Below, one piece after another: positions 44,379 to 45,975 of a stretch of DNA of 45,975 nucleotides. A program made the position numbers and the translations under genes. The number at the start of each line of letters is the position of its first letter. Position 1 is the stretch's first letter. The notes below the pieces were generated by a model. That model was given only the letters and a program-made list of their open reading frames with translations. It searched no databases and was not told the DNA's origin. The stretch is taken from assembly GCA_018666195.1 (NCBI GenBank), contig JABJAG010000221.1, forward strand, positions 1 through 45,975, given 5' to 3'. Source of the stretch: Alphaproteobacteria bacterium (lineage in GTDB: Bacteria > Pseudomonadota > Alphaproteobacteria > UBA6615).

Positions 44379-45062
44379 CTAGGCGGCTTCCGCCGCCGCG
44401 CTGGCCCGCGCGTTGAGATCGTCAAAGTCATCCGGCCAGTTATCCGCCAGCCAACGCAGATAGGTCTTCATATTCGCCGGGTCGATATGCAGCGAGTTCT
44501 TGATCTTGTCGACTTCCGGCTGGGCCTCGATGGTCAATTTGAGGGAGTCATTGAAGCGGTTGATCATGTTGAACATGCTACAGATCAGGGTGAGCTCGAC
44601 GATCTCACCCTCGTTGAACTGTGCCTGCACCCGTTCATAAACATCATCACGCGTTGCCGCCGTGTTTTTGGTCATATGTTCGGCCCATTCGATAGCAGCC
44701 CGCTCACGTTCGTCGAAAAGGTCCGAGGTCAAGTAATCGTCGGACGACATCGCGATCACCTGCTCATGGGTAATCCCGGCAGCCTCGCCCAGCGCCGTGT
44801 TGTGGGCAAAGCAGTATTCGCATCCATTGATGTGACTGGTCTTGATGATGACCATTTCCTTGATCTTGCCGGACACGCGCACGCCTGCCCATTCGCGCTG
44901 GTTGCCCGCCTGAAACGGCAGAAACAGCATCGCAAGATAAGGTGCATGCGCCATCGTGCGATAGGCGTTCGGCACCCGGCCAATCATGCTTGTGACGGCC
45001 CCAAAAAAGTCCTGCAGTTCTTCGGGTGCGTTCTCTGGATTTATGACTGGCAATCTCGCCAT
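44379..45062 (-). CDS. carboxymuconolactone decarboxylase (AhpD-like) family protein
   Basis: ORF 44379..45350 trimmed to MARLPVINPENAPEEL, with a GGGAGAG Shine-Dalgarno upstream. CMD-family motif SHINGCEYCFAHN. Confidence 0.8.
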   Translation of the reverse strand: MARLPVINPENAPEELQDFFGAVTSMIGRVPNAYRTMAHAPYLAMLFLPFQAGNQREWAGVRVSGKIKEMVIIKTSHINGCEYCFAHNTALGEAAGITHEQVIAMSSDDYLTSDLFDERERAAIEWAEHMTKNTAATRDDVYERVQAQFNEGEIVELTLICSMFNMINRFNDSLKLTIEAQPEVDKIKNSLHIDPANMKTYLRWLADNWPDDFDDLNARASAAAEAA

Positions 45063-45111
45063 GGTGTTCTCTCCCCTTCTTCGTGTTTGTCCGGCGAAGC
45101 GAGTTTTCTCC

Positions 45112-45975
45112 CTAAAAAGCCCGCGCGTATTTCGCCAACATGTCTTCGTCAACTTCGACACCAAGACCCGGCGCATCCGGGGCCGAGATATGGCCGCCAC
45201 GCACAGTGATCGGATTGCGAACCACATCTGTCGCCAGATAAGGCGTTGTCGGGCTGACACCCCAGGCCAATGTCGGTGCAGCGGCCGCCAGATGCAGCAC
45301 GGCAGCACTGGACACGCTGGTCTCTGCGGTCTTGCCCGCCAAGTTCGCATTCATTCCGAGTTCGGCAAACAGCTTCGTTGCTTCATTGGCGCGCGTCACA
45401 CCACCAAGCTTGATCATCTTGACGCTGCCGCCCTGGGCCGCCCCCATCGCGTGATGACGACGCACATCATCAAAACTGTGCAGGCCTTCATCCGCCGCAA
45501 TCGGACAGGATGCTTCACCAGCGATCATCGCCATGCCCTCCACATCGTGCCCGTGGAGCGGTTGTTCGAGAAAATCGAGCGCCGAACTGGCACCACGCGC
45601 AAACGAGACCGCCTCATCCCGGTTCCAACCCTGATTGGTGTCCGATGACAATTGAACCGCACCGGCAAGTGCTTCCCCGATCGCATTGGTGCGTTCGATA
45701 TCCTGATCCACCGGCTTCCCGCCAACCTTGATCTTCATGGCCGCATAACCTTCGGCCGCGCCATCCCGCGCGTCACCCACATCCGTCGAGACATCACCGG
45801 TTGCCAGCATCTTGACCACCGGCATACGTTCACGCTGCACGCCACCGAGAAGTTCCGAAACAGACATTTTCTGAGCCTTGCCCGCGAGGTCATAGAGCGC
45901 AATTTCGAGCACCGTCTTGGCACTGGCGTTGCCATAGAGGCGCCAGTCCATTTCTTTCATGTTGTCGATGAAGTC
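45112..45975 (-). CDS. mandelate racemase/muconate-lactonizing enzyme (enolase superfamily) protein, 5-prime end outside window
   Basis: The reading frame stays open to the window edge. Has KIKVGGKP, metal ligands in SDTNQGW / LEQP / ADEG, and KLGG. The N-terminal capping domain is missing from the window. Confidence 0.85.
   Translation of the reverse strand, partial: DFIDNMKEMDWRLYGNASAKTVLEIALYDLAGKAQKMSVSELLGGVQRERMPVVKMLATGDVSTDVGDARDGAAEGYAAMKIKVGGKPVDQDIERTNAIGEALAGAVQLSSDTNQGWNRDEAVSFARGASSALDFLEQPLHGHDVEGMAMIAGEASCPIAADEGLHSFDDVRRHHAMGAAQGGSVKMIKLGGVTRANEATKLFAELGMNANLAGKTAETSVSSAAVLHLAAAAPTLAWGVSPTTPYLATDVVRNPITVRGGHISAPDAPGLGVEVDEDMLAKYARAF

Noticed and set aside
1-45975. Scan for CRISPR arrays, tRNA/rRNA genes, IS elements or large tandem repeats.
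   Set aside because: Reading the intergenic regions revealed no regularly spaced direct repeats, tRNA-like T-arm motifs, transposase/integrase ORFs or long repeats. A by-eye scan cannot exclude small ncRNAs.

Overview
GC-rich, gene-dense chromosomal segment whose codon usage and gene content look alphaproteobacterial. I call about 55 protein-coding genes, nearly all metabolic or transport. I saw no rRNA, tRNA, CRISPR array, transposase or integrase, and the only recognisable DNA-binding regulator is one ribbon-helix-helix protein. Left to right: TrmH-like methyltransferase; asparaginase-II/quinone oxidoreductase/SAM-methyltransferase operon; scoAB CoA-transferase flanked by two tandem pairs of DMT/EamA transporters; a long + strand catabolic operon (LLM oxidoreductase, two alpha/beta hydrolases, DUF429-like protein, SDR); pterin dehydratase; FIST-ThpR-CobB-UDG gene string; tesA/ybbA/ybbP-like module; BI-1; SDR; GAF-HD-GYP; L-carnitine-dehydrogenase-like/OYE/cupin/DsbA-thioesterase-fusion cluster; orphan ParA-RHH-PAS-like trio behind an AT-rich leader; DUF4197; more membrane proteins. 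The right end is a roughly 10.7 kb co-directional minus-strand supercluster (35306 to the window end): enolase-superfamily enzyme, CMD-family protein, aldehyde dehydrogenase, small membrane protein, three-gene nitrile hydratase family enzyme, GST, MetY, 771-aa amidase and NtaA/DszA-family monooxygenase, with a divergent flavin reductase. The most interesting candidate is that cobalt-type nitrile-hydratase-family enzyme. Its beta subunit is encoded as two translationally coupled genes, as in thiocyanate hydrolase and toyocamycin nitrile hydratase. Its alpha subunit has a His/Asp-rich N-terminal tail, no activator gene is present, and Arg replaces the usual Trp after the CTLCSC metal site. It sits beside sulfur- and nitrogen-scavenging genes. 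All functional calls rest on motif recognition by eye, with no database search.
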